Translations under genes and position numbers: made by a program
Origin: a virus
Reading direction: 5' to 3' (one strand)
Length of the DNA stretch: 64,000 bases
IMG/VR virus record: IMGVR_UViG_3300050016_000047
Location: 1-64,000 of that record
Part shown: positions 9,410 to 18,029 of the stretch, piece after piece
Layout: every line of letters starts with the position of its first letter
Numbering within the stretch: position 1 is the first letter of the stretch
Notes under the pieces: model-generated
What the model was told of the DNA's origin: nothing
What the model saw: only the letters and a program-made list of their open reading frames with translations
Databases searched by the model: none

Positions 9410-10063
9410 CTAGTGTACCCTCGCCATAGAAACTGATTGCTTTTCCATTGGCGTAATATCATTATACAACAAAGGTATGCGGTCTTGAAAAACTTTTAAC
9501 AACGGTATCATAACGCGACGAAAATCAGGATGCGTCTCCTGCGTAGTTCGCGCCAAGAAAATCCAACGCCATGAGCGCAAATTCCCAGTCACGGCTATGG
9601 TACTGGCTAAGGCGTTAGGTAGCAGAGAGCGTGCCTCCTGCGGCCTCCAACCGTTTGTCAGCGCCCTGTCGTAAGCGTCTAAAGAAAGTGCGATGGGTGA
9701 CTCCCAATCAAAATCCGTCCACTTAGATAGCTCCGGCGCGATTACTTCTATTTCACCCTTTTTCTGGTAGTTAACAAATCGTGTACTTTCTTGTGTGAAA
9801 CTAAAAAGTCTGTGGCGAACTAATTCGTGGGTACAGCCTCTATCAATTCTAAATATTACAGTCGCAGAAGCGTGTTCCACAACTGACCAATCCCCATGTC
9901 CCATTACTACGGCTGGAATAAACTTCTGCCAAGAATCAATTGTTTGTTTATCCTCCATTCTATGACTTATTCGCGCCATACGCTCGATAAAGCGTAACTG
10001 CTCAACACCTTCTTGTGCGGTTTGCGGACGGATAAGGTCAAAACTCGGCTGAATTATGTTCAT
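9410..10063 (-). CDS. thyX: Flavin-dependent thymidylate synthase
   Basis: GHGDWSVVEH and the ThyX signature HELVRHRLFSFTQESTRFV. Confidence 0.95.
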   Translation of the reverse strand: MNIIQPSFDLIRPQTAQEGVEQLRFIERMARISHRMEDKQTIDSWQKFIPAVVMGHGDWSVVEHASATVIFRIDRGCTHELVRHRLFSFTQESTRFVNYQKKGEIEVIAPELSKWTDFDWESPIALSLDAYDRALTNGWRPQEARSLLPNALASTIAVTGNLRSWRWIFLARTTQETHPDFRRVMIPLLKVFQDRIPLLYNDITPMEKQSVSMARVH

Positions 10064-10541
10064 AGTTTTTGTCTCACTAGCGCGCTCAGTCCACCAAAAA
10101 CCCAAGCAAGACCTACAGCCAAAGTCGGGTGTGTGGGTGACAGCTTAAATAACAAAAATATAATAATACATCCAACTATAAACCAAATCGCCGTTTTCAT
10201 GCTCGTGCGCTCGTCGCAGTAATGTAAGGAGCTAGTTCCGACTGGTCTACTAAGCCGCCGTCTGTCCCGGCGTACATAATTTCCTCGTTGATTATGCGGA
10301 TTTTAGCCACTACAAACACTCGTCCAGTAGGAATGTGTACTAGAGTGTTTCCAAAGTTAAATAAGACTTCGCTGCCGCAGATTTTCATAGTCCACCTATT
10401 GTCCGCAATACGGACGTGAAAAACACCGTTCCAGCCCAAAAAAGAAACAGTATTCCGCCGGACAGAAATAACAGTATACCAAACTCTTTTATACCCTCAC
10501 CAAGTTGTTTCATTTTTCTGCCTCCAAGAACAAATTCGAGA

Positions 10542-11093
10542 CTACCTTAAGTTGCAGTCGGCCAAGTCCGTAAACTCGGCGGCTAACCATTGGACGAATA
10601 ACTGTGGTCCGCGTTCAGAAGTACCGTCTGTTTCTACGTCTTCCGGCGGGTTGTAGTGAGTAATTCCAAGCAAAGGGGCAACGTCGTAACGTCCGTTAAT
10701 TACATCTGGCGTCAGTTCTGGAAAATCAGTAATCGGTAGAAGCAACCCTTCGCTCCACTCTCCGCGCAGCTTCTTAGCTTTAATTCTGCGTCGGCGTACT
10801 GGAATGGGTCCAATCGCGTCGCCCCAAAGCCACTCAAAGGTTTTAATTTCTGGCACAACCGAATCCGGCTGCACAAAAACGGCTAAATCGCCGACTTTAA
10901 AATCTCCCTTTTTAACAATGGTTTGGTAGCCGAGCGTGCGAATAATTTCTAGTGTGTCTGCGTTTGTATGCGGCAGAATGTCCGTAATGCGGACGACGGG
11001 TACTTGGTGGTTTGCCTTGACTGGTTCGGCGGCTCCCTCGCCTACTGAACCCAGCAAACTTCCAAACACACTTGCTTGGTGTGGTGCGCTCAT
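10542..11093 (-). CDS. N-terminal OB-like domain of a DRB0094-family RNA ligase; ligase domain absent
   Basis: ILPHTNADTLE...IVKKGDFKVGDLAVFVQPDSVVP...RIKAKKLRGEWSEGLLLP...LGITHY. The ORF ends at 183 aa, before any nucleotidyltransferase motif. Confidence 0.7.
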   Translation of the reverse strand: MSAPHQASVFGSLLGSVGEGAAEPVKANHQVPVVRITDILPHTNADTLEIIRTLGYQTIVKKGDFKVGDLAVFVQPDSVVPEIKTFEWLWGDAIGPIPVRRRRIKAKKLRGEWSEGLLLPITDFPELTPDVINGRYDVAPLLGITHYNPPEDVETDGTSERGPQLFVQWLAAEFTDLADCNLR

Positions 11094-11671
11094 TGGGCCT
11101 CCGCTTTGCGGACAAGAGTTCGCCCGACTTTTTCTTGTACTAATTGAATTATAGCTTTGTTTAAATCTTTCTTTCCTTTGTATCCGTCATAGTCGCCGGT
11201 AAACTTTTGTCCCTTTTCTATAATATGCGCGAGAGATTCCCAAGTAGTGTCTTCCGGCCTCCACTGACCTTCCAAACCAAAACAGCTACAGTGGCTTCCG
11301 TTTACTTCTTTAAGTTTGCCGTCCGCGTTAGTATAAAGTACAAAACTACTTCCTTCGTAGCCCCCGTACCCATACCAAGCCGCGTGTACGATACTAGCAT
11401 TAAGTTCGTCTAGAATTTTCTGATAGTCTTTTGCTTTTGGGCCAGTGTCTCCATAGTGCTCCCCGGCGTAATTACTCGCTACGTCTTCATTGTTTTTAAA
11501 ACCTTCTATATACATGTTACTCCTTAAATTCAAAAATCCTATATAGTGATAATAGCATAACCGCCGACAAAATGCAAATAATATAAGTCGGCGTATTGCT
11601 CAAAGCCACTGTTACTGCGGCGGCCAAAGCAATTCCAAAGAATATAGCTAGTTTCGCGGTTTTAGCTTTTT

Positions 11672-12898
11672 TCATCGTCGCTCGCTTATTCCTTTCACGT
11701 TAATAATTTGTCTTAGTTCGTGTACTGGACGGGTTAGGTCTGACTGCGCGGCCATAACAGCATCAATCGGCTTGTAAGCTGACGGCGATTCGTCCACTGT
11801 TCCGGCGGATTTATCACACTCGATTCCAGCGGTAGCAGCCGCGTGTTGCGCCACAGTTATAGTTTTATTAGCTTGAGTCCGCGACATAGTTCGCCCCGCG
11901 CCGTGACTACAGCTACAGAAGCTATCGGGATTCCCTAGACCTTCCACAATATAGCTACGCGCTCCCATAGAGCCGGGAATAATTCCCATATCACCAAGTC
12001 TCGCACGAATAGCGCCTTTGCGGGTAATAAATAGCTTCTTACCAAAGTGTTTTTCTTCGTTCATATAGTTATGATGACAATGTATGGTTTCTTCTGGCGA
12101 ACAATTTAAAACACCAAGTACCGCCTTCATCATAATCTCGCGGTTAAGCCAAGCGAATCTTTGGGCTAGTTTTAAAGCATCTATATACTCGTCAAATTCC
12201 TTCTCCCCGCGCGGGATAAACGCTAATTCGCGGTCTGGAAGTACGACATGATACCTCTCACACTTCTTTTTAGCCAAGTTAGTGAAGTAGCTCCCAATAC
12301 GATTACCAAAGCCACGGCTACCTGAATGTAACACCACCCACACCCGTCGAAGTTCGTCAAGACTGACTTCAATAAAATGGTTCCCGGTCCCAAGAGTTCC
12401 AAGTTGGCGTTCTGCATTTTTACTTTTAGATTCTGGATGCTGTTCCCACAAAAACACCGCCTTACCAAATATTTCCTCGTGGTACACTCTTGCAATGTGT
12501 TCTGGCACATTGTGCCACGCCCCCCTGTCCCCTTCGCCGCCATTATTAGTTCGGCCAGCCGGGACTACTCGTTCTATTTCTGTCCGCATTACGGACGCTT
12601 TGTTAATCACATACTCCGGGTCAATATCAATTCTAACTGCCATCATACCGCATCCAATATCCACGCCAACAATTGAAGGAGGAATTGCATCTTCTAGCGC
12701 AATCACGCTACCAACAGTGCATCCGTTACCCCAGTGGCAGTCGGGCATTAGCGCCACTCCTTTTACAAACGGAAGTTTTGCTACGTTTTGTGATTGTTTA
12801 ATGGCGGCTTCTTCAAAAGGAACGCCGTGATTCCAAGCTTTTATATAACTTCCTTCTGATTCAATCATGTTAAAATTACTCACTTGGGACACTCCCAT
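11672..12898 (-). CDS. rtcB: RtcB RNA 2',3'-cyclic phosphate/5'-OH ligase
   Basis: MPDCH, VGVDIGCGM, LGTLGTGNHFIE, HSGSRG, HHNY, PGSMG, SHGAGR, AYK motifs. Confidence 0.97.
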   Translation of the reverse strand: MGVSQVSNFNMIESEGSYIKAWNHGVPFEEAAIKQSQNVAKLPFVKGVALMPDCHWGNGCTVGSVIALEDAIPPSIVGVDIGCGMMAVRIDIDPEYVINKASVMRTEIERVVPAGRTNNGGEGDRGAWHNVPEHIARVYHEEIFGKAVFLWEQHPESKSKNAERQLGTLGTGNHFIEVSLDELRRVWVVLHSGSRGFGNRIGSYFTNLAKKKCERYHVVLPDRELAFIPRGEKEFDEYIDALKLAQRFAWLNREIMMKAVLGVLNCSPEETIHCHHNYMNEEKHFGKKLFITRKGAIRARLGDMGIIPGSMGARSYIVEGLGNPDSFCSCSHGAGRTMSRTQANKTITVAQHAAATAGIECDKSAGTVDESPSAYKPIDAVMAAQSDLTRPVHELRQIINVKGISERR

Positions 12899-13134
12899 TT
12901 ATAGTATAATACTTCAATAACTGCTGCGCCTCAGCCAGCCGCGCGGTGAGGTCGGCGCATTCAGTGGTGAGTGAATGTATGGAATCCACTAAGTACGCCA
13001 GTTGAGCGCGGGCATCCGATACAGCGCGAGGCGAACCAACTTCATTGGTAGAAATGCAAGCCTCTATGGAATCTGTAACCGTTACGTACTCTATCTCCCG
13101 GCTTGGCGGCTGCGGTTTATTTGAGTCGGTCATG

Positions 13135-13689
13135 TTACCTCCTAGCCAAACTAAGAATCTTAGATACGTATTGCGGGTCGCCGCCAATTCCCAAACCCTG
13201 ATACCTAGTTACCGCTTCGCGGACACCATACTGATTAATAAGTCCTGATAGTATTTTAGCAGTTATTTTCAAATTGTCAAGAGGATTAAATAAATTTACT
13301 TGTTCCTGAAAGTCGTAGGTTTTGCGCCAAACTGAAACATTAATTTGCCCTAATCCAACCGCTCCCTTAGCCGAAACCGCGTAAGGATTACACGCACTTT
13401 CTACCGCTATAATACTCGCCATAACTTCAGGGTCTACTGATTCGTCTAATGCGGCGTTAGCCGTGTCCATAACTAAGTTTGTGTCTAGGTTGTCGCATCC
13501 CGCCGAACGGCCAAACACTCCGGCGACTAGAATAGGTGCTGTCCGGTATACGGAATAACTTAGTTTAGGCGGACGCGGCGTCAATCGCGCGGGAAGATGG
13601 ATTTCCCCGGCGGACGAAATTAGTTTTGTGCTTAGAAACGTCATACCAAAACATAGAATTAGCAGCCCCGCTAGGTTTCGCTTAGTCAT
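13135..13689 (-). CDS. Lytic transglycosylase (SLT domain) with N-terminal membrane anchor
   Basis: IIAVESACNPYAVSAKGAVGLGQI...AVTRY. Confidence 0.88.
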   Translation of the reverse strand: MTKRNLAGLLILCFGMTFLSTKLISSAGEIHLPARLTPRPPKLSYSVYRTAPILVAGVFGRSAGCDNLDTNLVMDTANAALDESVDPEVMASIIAVESACNPYAVSAKGAVGLGQINVSVWRKTYDFQEQVNLFNPLDNLKITAKILSGLINQYGVREAVTRYQGLGIGGDPQYVSKILSLARR

Positions 13690-14106
13690 AGGTTTTTCCC
13701 CACAATCGTAGCTCGCATTAGTTTCTCCAGAATTTCTACGCGCTCTTTTACTCCGTGCCAACAAGTAAGAATGTATTTTGACGCGGTTGCGTTTTTAGTA
13801 TGCGCGTCTATGTGTCGGCAATTCTCCCATTGAATAAGAAGCGCATCGTCCGGCTGGATGTTTCTATGTTCGCAAGCTGGACAGCCGCCGATTTTATCGT
13901 CGTACCAGCGGTGCAGATGTGTATCGCAAAAAGGCAATTTTAGCCTCCAATCGGTTTTAAACGTCGCGGGGATGCGTTTCTGTTTGCTTTGGATTGGTTT
14001 CCTTTGTGTTTGCAGACGCACGGATTTTTACCACAGCCTCGACACAAACCAAGTTGTGCGCGTTTTAGTTGTTTCATAGAACCAATTCCCATTACTTTTT
14101 CCTTTT

Positions 14107-14181
14107 TGGGGTGGCCGAACGGATTTGCACCGTTACTGTAAGCGCCACAGGCTTAAGTGCTACTGTTACACTACGGTCACT
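14107..14181 (-). tRNA. tRNA-His (GTG)
   Basis: Anticodon arm TAAGC-CTGTGGC-GCTTA, C73 discriminator, encoded CCA. Position -1 is A rather than G. Confidence 0.85.
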
Positions 14182-14186
14182 AGTGT

Positions 14187-14215
14187 ACTATACTACTCCA
14201 CCCGGGGAATGTCAA
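14187..14215 (-). promoter_or_regulatory. sigma70-type promoter directly upstream of tRNA-His
   Basis: TTGACA-17 nt-TATAGT on the minus strand. Confidence 0.7.
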
Positions 14216-14229
14216 GAGCTTTCTTTAGT

Positions 14230-14412
14230 TTACCGCTTCCAAAAATAGATCGCGCCTACAACCGCGATTCCAATCGTAAGTAGTAATAGCGTGGATGGCT
14301 CCGGTACGGAGGTCACGTTTTGTGACACGTGTTGTGATAACGAATTAACACTGTCGTTATCCGGGCACCCAGCTAAAAACAAAACTCCTAAAAGCAATCC
14401 AGTGATTTTCAT
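14230..14412 (-). CDS. Miniature lipoprotein with PEP-CTERM sorting signal
   Basis: Lipobox LAGC, then VPEPSTLLLL, a transmembrane helix and a basic tail WKR. Confidence 0.85.
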   Translation of the reverse strand: MKITGLLLGVLFLAGCPDNDSVNSLSQHVSQNVTSVPEPSTLLLLTIGIAVVGAIYFWKR

Positions 14413-14777
14413 AATTCTCCTTCGTCTTTTACCAATAAAACAGGTACTCCGGCTTTTACTGCTTGAAGAATCATGTTTTCTGTACCTTTGCCGCCGGGAA
14501 AAGCCAATACTAAATCTGGTTTGCCTTCTTTTAGCATTTGAGCGTTTCTAATAGGTCCGGCGGACTTACCGTGTTTAGTCCAGTCGGCGGGATATACAAG
14601 AACTTCTAAGAAAAGAGTTTCAGCCACTATTCCAGCCAAGGAGTCTGCACCTTTTGCCCCTCCGTGAATCACAACTTCTATGTTGACGCTTTCGTCAACT
14701 CCGTTAAATTTTTCCAAAATTTCGTACACCAGTTTTTTGTTATTATACTCTCGCCCACCGCATACTAGAAGTCTCAT
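14409..14777 (-). CDS. DUF2493 / YspA-like SLOG-family protein
   Basis: LVCGGREY, IHGGAKGADSLA, ADWTKHGKSAGPIRNAQML, AFPGGKGT. Confidence 0.9.
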   Translation of the reverse strand: MRLLVCGGREYNNKKLVYEILEKFNGVDESVNIEVVIHGGAKGADSLAGIVAETLFLEVLVYPADWTKHGKSAGPIRNAQMLKEGKPDLVLAFPGGKGTENMILQAVKAGVPVLLVKDEGEL

Positions 14778-15050
14778 TTCAATGCCTTTTTAGCAGCTTT
14801 AAACAGTCTCTCGGCTTCTTTTTTACTAACTTTAAGAATTTTTCTTGTCGTTTCCGGCGTATCGCACAATTCTGCCAATAATCTTACCGCACCTTTATTT
14901 AGTTTCATTTTAAAACCTCCGCGATTTTCTCCGTGATTCCAGTTCCCTTACAGACATTACATTTAGCAACTGGTGAGTACCACGTTGTCATTTTATCACC
15001 AACAAGCATAGAGCGTTTCTGTTTGCCCGTTCCATCACAAGTCGGGCATT

Positions 15051-15998
15051 TCATGTAGAAAACTTTCCCGTTCCTATAGCTACTGTAGAAGATGGATTTT
15101 TAAGTTCCGCCGCTATTTTTTCAGCGACTTCCTTGTCCGCATTACGGACAGGTCCAGACTGAGCGTAAGTCCCAAAAGTAAGTCCCGGCAAACCGTGGCC
15201 CAGTCTGTCCGCAGCAAGCTTTTCAGGCACGCCTAAACTCGCCATAATACTTGCGTTTCCTCGGCGGAACATGTGGAAGCCTCCCGGTTCAATACCACAC
15301 GTCTTGAGCAAAGGATAAAGTTTAAACTTAAGTACGTTAGGCTGGCGCAAAGGTGTTCCCGCGCGAGAACAAAACAAAAACCCTTCGGTACTTCGAATAG
15401 GATTTAGTTCTCCCTTAGAATTATATTGCACGTAGTGGTGAATTAGGTTTGCAAGCTCTTGTGAAATACTAATACTTCGTATCGCGTTAGCCGTTTTAGG
15501 CGTTTGCCCTTGTCCGCCATATACAGATTGGTTAACGGAGATATACTTTTCGTCCAAATTAATATCTTCTATTCTAAGTCCAAACACTTCCCCTGCTCGC
15601 AAACCCGTTTCCGCGAATAGCCACCACAATTCTTTGTCCGCAGGCGGACAGGCGACTAGTAGAAATTTTAACTGCTGTGCCGTAAGCCACGGTTGAGGCT
15701 GCTTAGATGTTTTGGGTAGTTCGGGCGACGGAATCTTAGGAATCAGCCCTTCTTTTACAGCTTGTTTAAACACTAGCCGGAGCGTACCCCAGTAGTTTTT
15801 TACTGACTTGGCCGATACCTCCTTACTTAGCGTGGTTAAATGAATTTGAATGTCTTTCTCGGAAATACTATCTAATGGCAACTTGCCAAAAGTCTCACAT
15901 GCTTTTCTTATGTGGCTTTCCATTGTAGCTCTGGAAGCTGGTTTTTTAAGCGTGAGAATTAGTTCGCGCCATTCGTTAGTATATTCCGAGAAAGTCAT
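15051..15998 (-). CDS. Tyrosine recombinase / integrase
   Basis: TGLRAGEVFGL, PKT, FHMFRR, LGH and TY catalytic residues. The start at 15998 follows a GGAGG ribosome-binding site. Confidence 0.9.
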   Translation of the reverse strand: MTFSEYTNEWRELILTLKKPASRATMESHIRKACETFGKLPLDSISEKDIQIHLTTLSKEVSAKSVKNYWGTLRLVFKQAVKEGLIPKIPSPELPKTSKQPQPWLTAQQLKFLLVACPPADKELWWLFAETGLRAGEVFGLRIEDINLDEKYISVNQSVYGGQGQTPKTANAIRSISISQELANLIHHYVQYNSKGELNPIRSTEGFLFCSRAGTPLRQPNVLKFKLYPLLKTCGIEPGGFHMFRRGNASIMASLGVPEKLAADRLGHGLPGLTFGTYAQSGPVRNADKEVAEKIAAELKNPSSTVAIGTGKFST

Positions 15999-16125
15999 TT
16001 TTCCTCCATAAAAGTTAAGGGCCTGCGGCGTCCCGCTCAGCTTGGTATCCTGTCCCCAAGGAGATTGGATCATACCAACCGCTCTGACACTTTCGGAGCG
16101 ACCTACGGTGTCACCAGCCCAGTTC

Positions 16126-16154
16126 ATACTACCACAGTTAGGTTACTCTGTCAA
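16126..16154 (-). promoter_or_regulatory. sigma70-type promoter of the integrase leader
   Basis: TTGACA-17 nt-TAGTAT with an extended -10 TG. Confidence 0.6.
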
Positions 16155-16292
16155 GTGTAAAATCTTACCGTCTGTGTTGGCGACTTCGCGTAGGAACTTA
16201 CATGCGACTTTGGCTTTAGATAGTGGAGTTTTAGCTTTTTCTAAGGCGTTTACCCACTTTTCCGGCCAACCGTATCTGTGTAGCGTTCATTT

Positions 16293-16781
16293 TTATTCTC
16301 CTTTTTCTAAGATTCGTAGTGCGTTTTCGTAGCGTTTAGATATTCCCTGTTCGGACTCTGGTAAAGCCGCGAGTCTCGCCGGAGTTAAGTTGTCTTTTAA
16401 ATCCGCGATTTTTACTTTGCGACCAATTCTGTTCTTTCCCGCGCGGCGGATAAAATCAACGTAGACTTCTTTGGTATAGTCGTTGCGCGGTTTAAATACC
16501 ATGTGTCCGCTTTGCGGATTAGTGTAACCACGACTAACAGACTCTACCGCCAGCATGATTTCTTCGCCAAACTCTTGTAATATTTCGTCGGAACTAACGT
16601 CCGTATCTTCTAAAACGTCGTGGAGCAATCCCACCACGATTTCGTCGCCGACTAAACCATAGTTAAAAGCTACTCGTAGAGGATGCAGGATGTACGGCTC
16701 GCCGGACTTGTCCACCTGTCCAGCGTGCGCTTTCGCCGCCATTACTAATGCTTTGCTTAGATTGGAGATTTCGTATTTCAT
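16293..16781 (-). CDS. HD-domain hydrolase, SpoT/Mesh1-like small alarmone hydrolase family
   Basis: AHAGQVDKSGEPYILHPLRV, LLHDVLEDT, VKIADLKDN. Confidence 0.85.
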   Translation of the reverse strand: MKYEISNLSKALVMAAKAHAGQVDKSGEPYILHPLRVAFNYGLVGDEIVVGLLHDVLEDTDVSSDEILQEFGEEIMLAVESVSRGYTNPQSGHMVFKPRNDYTKEVYVDFIRRAGKNRIGRKVKIADLKDNLTPARLAALPESEQGISKRYENALRILEKGE

Positions 16782-17389
16782 TAGTCACCCTCGTACCACT
16801 CTTGCAACTTAACCCAAATTACATACCCGACTAGAAACACAACTGCGGCAATTACGCCAAAAACCATATTATAAAAAATGCTGTCCGAAAGCCAATCCCA
16901 ATAATTATACATTATGTAAAATCCTGTTCTGAAAGCATACCGTAATCGTCTACAAAATCGTCATCCCCGCCGGATTCATCCCAACACATACAGCAATCAT
17001 AACAGCAATTACACATATCGCAGAGTTCCGCAACAGCTAGGGTTTCCCCGCACTCTTCGCAGCGCATAAATCCTCCTAAGCGTTAGTATTGTACTCCTTA
17101 TACTCAGGACTTGTCAAGGCTTCTTTTGTGTATTCGGCGAAAGGTTTGTTAAATGCCAGATAAGATACTCCGTATTCAAGGGGCAAGCCTTCCTCAAATA
17201 ATTCTTCCCCTTGCTTACCCGCCCACGCATAGGCGGCTACGAGGTCTGGATAAATCGGCGAATCTTTAAAATACTCCCAAATGTAAAATGAGTTTTCATC
17301 GTTCGGATACCACAAATTGTCTATTGCTTGTGCGTGAATCGCGCGGACTCCATCACTAAAATTTCCGATGTAAATTCCGTTGTCTGCGC

Positions 17390-17770
17390 TCATAGTTTTT
17401 CCTCCGTAGGTCGGCCAAATTTATCCGTAAAGCGTACAGTTCTAATACCAGCTTCCTTAAGCAATTTCATACAGTGCGGGCAAGGTGTGGAGTTCGCAAT
17501 AGTCCCATCCGCTAACTGCCTAAAAACGTATATTATAAGATTACCCTTGTCTTCGTGCCACCGTCGCCTAAGAATTGCTCTGTGCTCCGCGTGAAGATTA
17601 CAACCGCGTTCAGCCGCCGGATGCGACTGCGAATAAGTATTAAATCCTATACTAAGTAGATTGCTTCCCGCGTACAGCGCAGCCCCTAGCTTACGCGCAC
17701 GCCTAGGAGCTACGGATAGCTCCGAAGCAACTTTAGCCGTGTCAAAGCCGCGTTTCCAAGATGCGTTCAC
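17390..17770 (-). CDS. Cytidine/deoxycytidylate deaminase-fold protein
   Basis: HAE and PCPHC zinc motifs. Confidence 0.75.
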   Translation of the reverse strand: MNASWKRGFDTAKVASELSVAPRRARKLGAALYAGSNLLSIGFNTYSQSHPAAERGCNLHAEHRAILRRRWHEDKGNLIIYVFRQLADGTIANSTPCPHCMKLLKEAGIRTVRFTDKFGRPTEEKL

Positions 17771-17776
17771 AACCGA

Positions 17777-17805
17777 ATAATACTACGTTCCGCAAAGTTT
17801 GTCAA
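17777..17805 (-). promoter_or_regulatory. sigma70-type promoter, probably giving a leaderless transcript
   Basis: TTGACA-17 nt-TATTAT, ending 6 nt upstream of the GTG start at 17770. Confidence 0.6.
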
Positions 17806-18029
17806 GAAGTATTTAGTATTTTTCGTAGCCGCCCAAATCGGAATAGCTGTGGGTTAAGGCGTGCGGCGGACAGGATACCACCATCTGCATAATTGTCTTA
17901 ACGTGAATAAACATGTGCTTTCCTACGCGGTATACTGTACATTTGCCGTGAGTTTGGCATTTGTAGCCGCCGTAGGGGAGGAACGGAGTTCCAGTTGTTG
18001 CGTTGGGCCACGTTCTGTTGTGAGTCATT

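Noticed and set aside
14107-16127. attP site near the integrase and tRNA-His
   Set aside because: No duplicated tRNA 3' end or arm-type repeats could be identified by eye; a host sequence would be needed.
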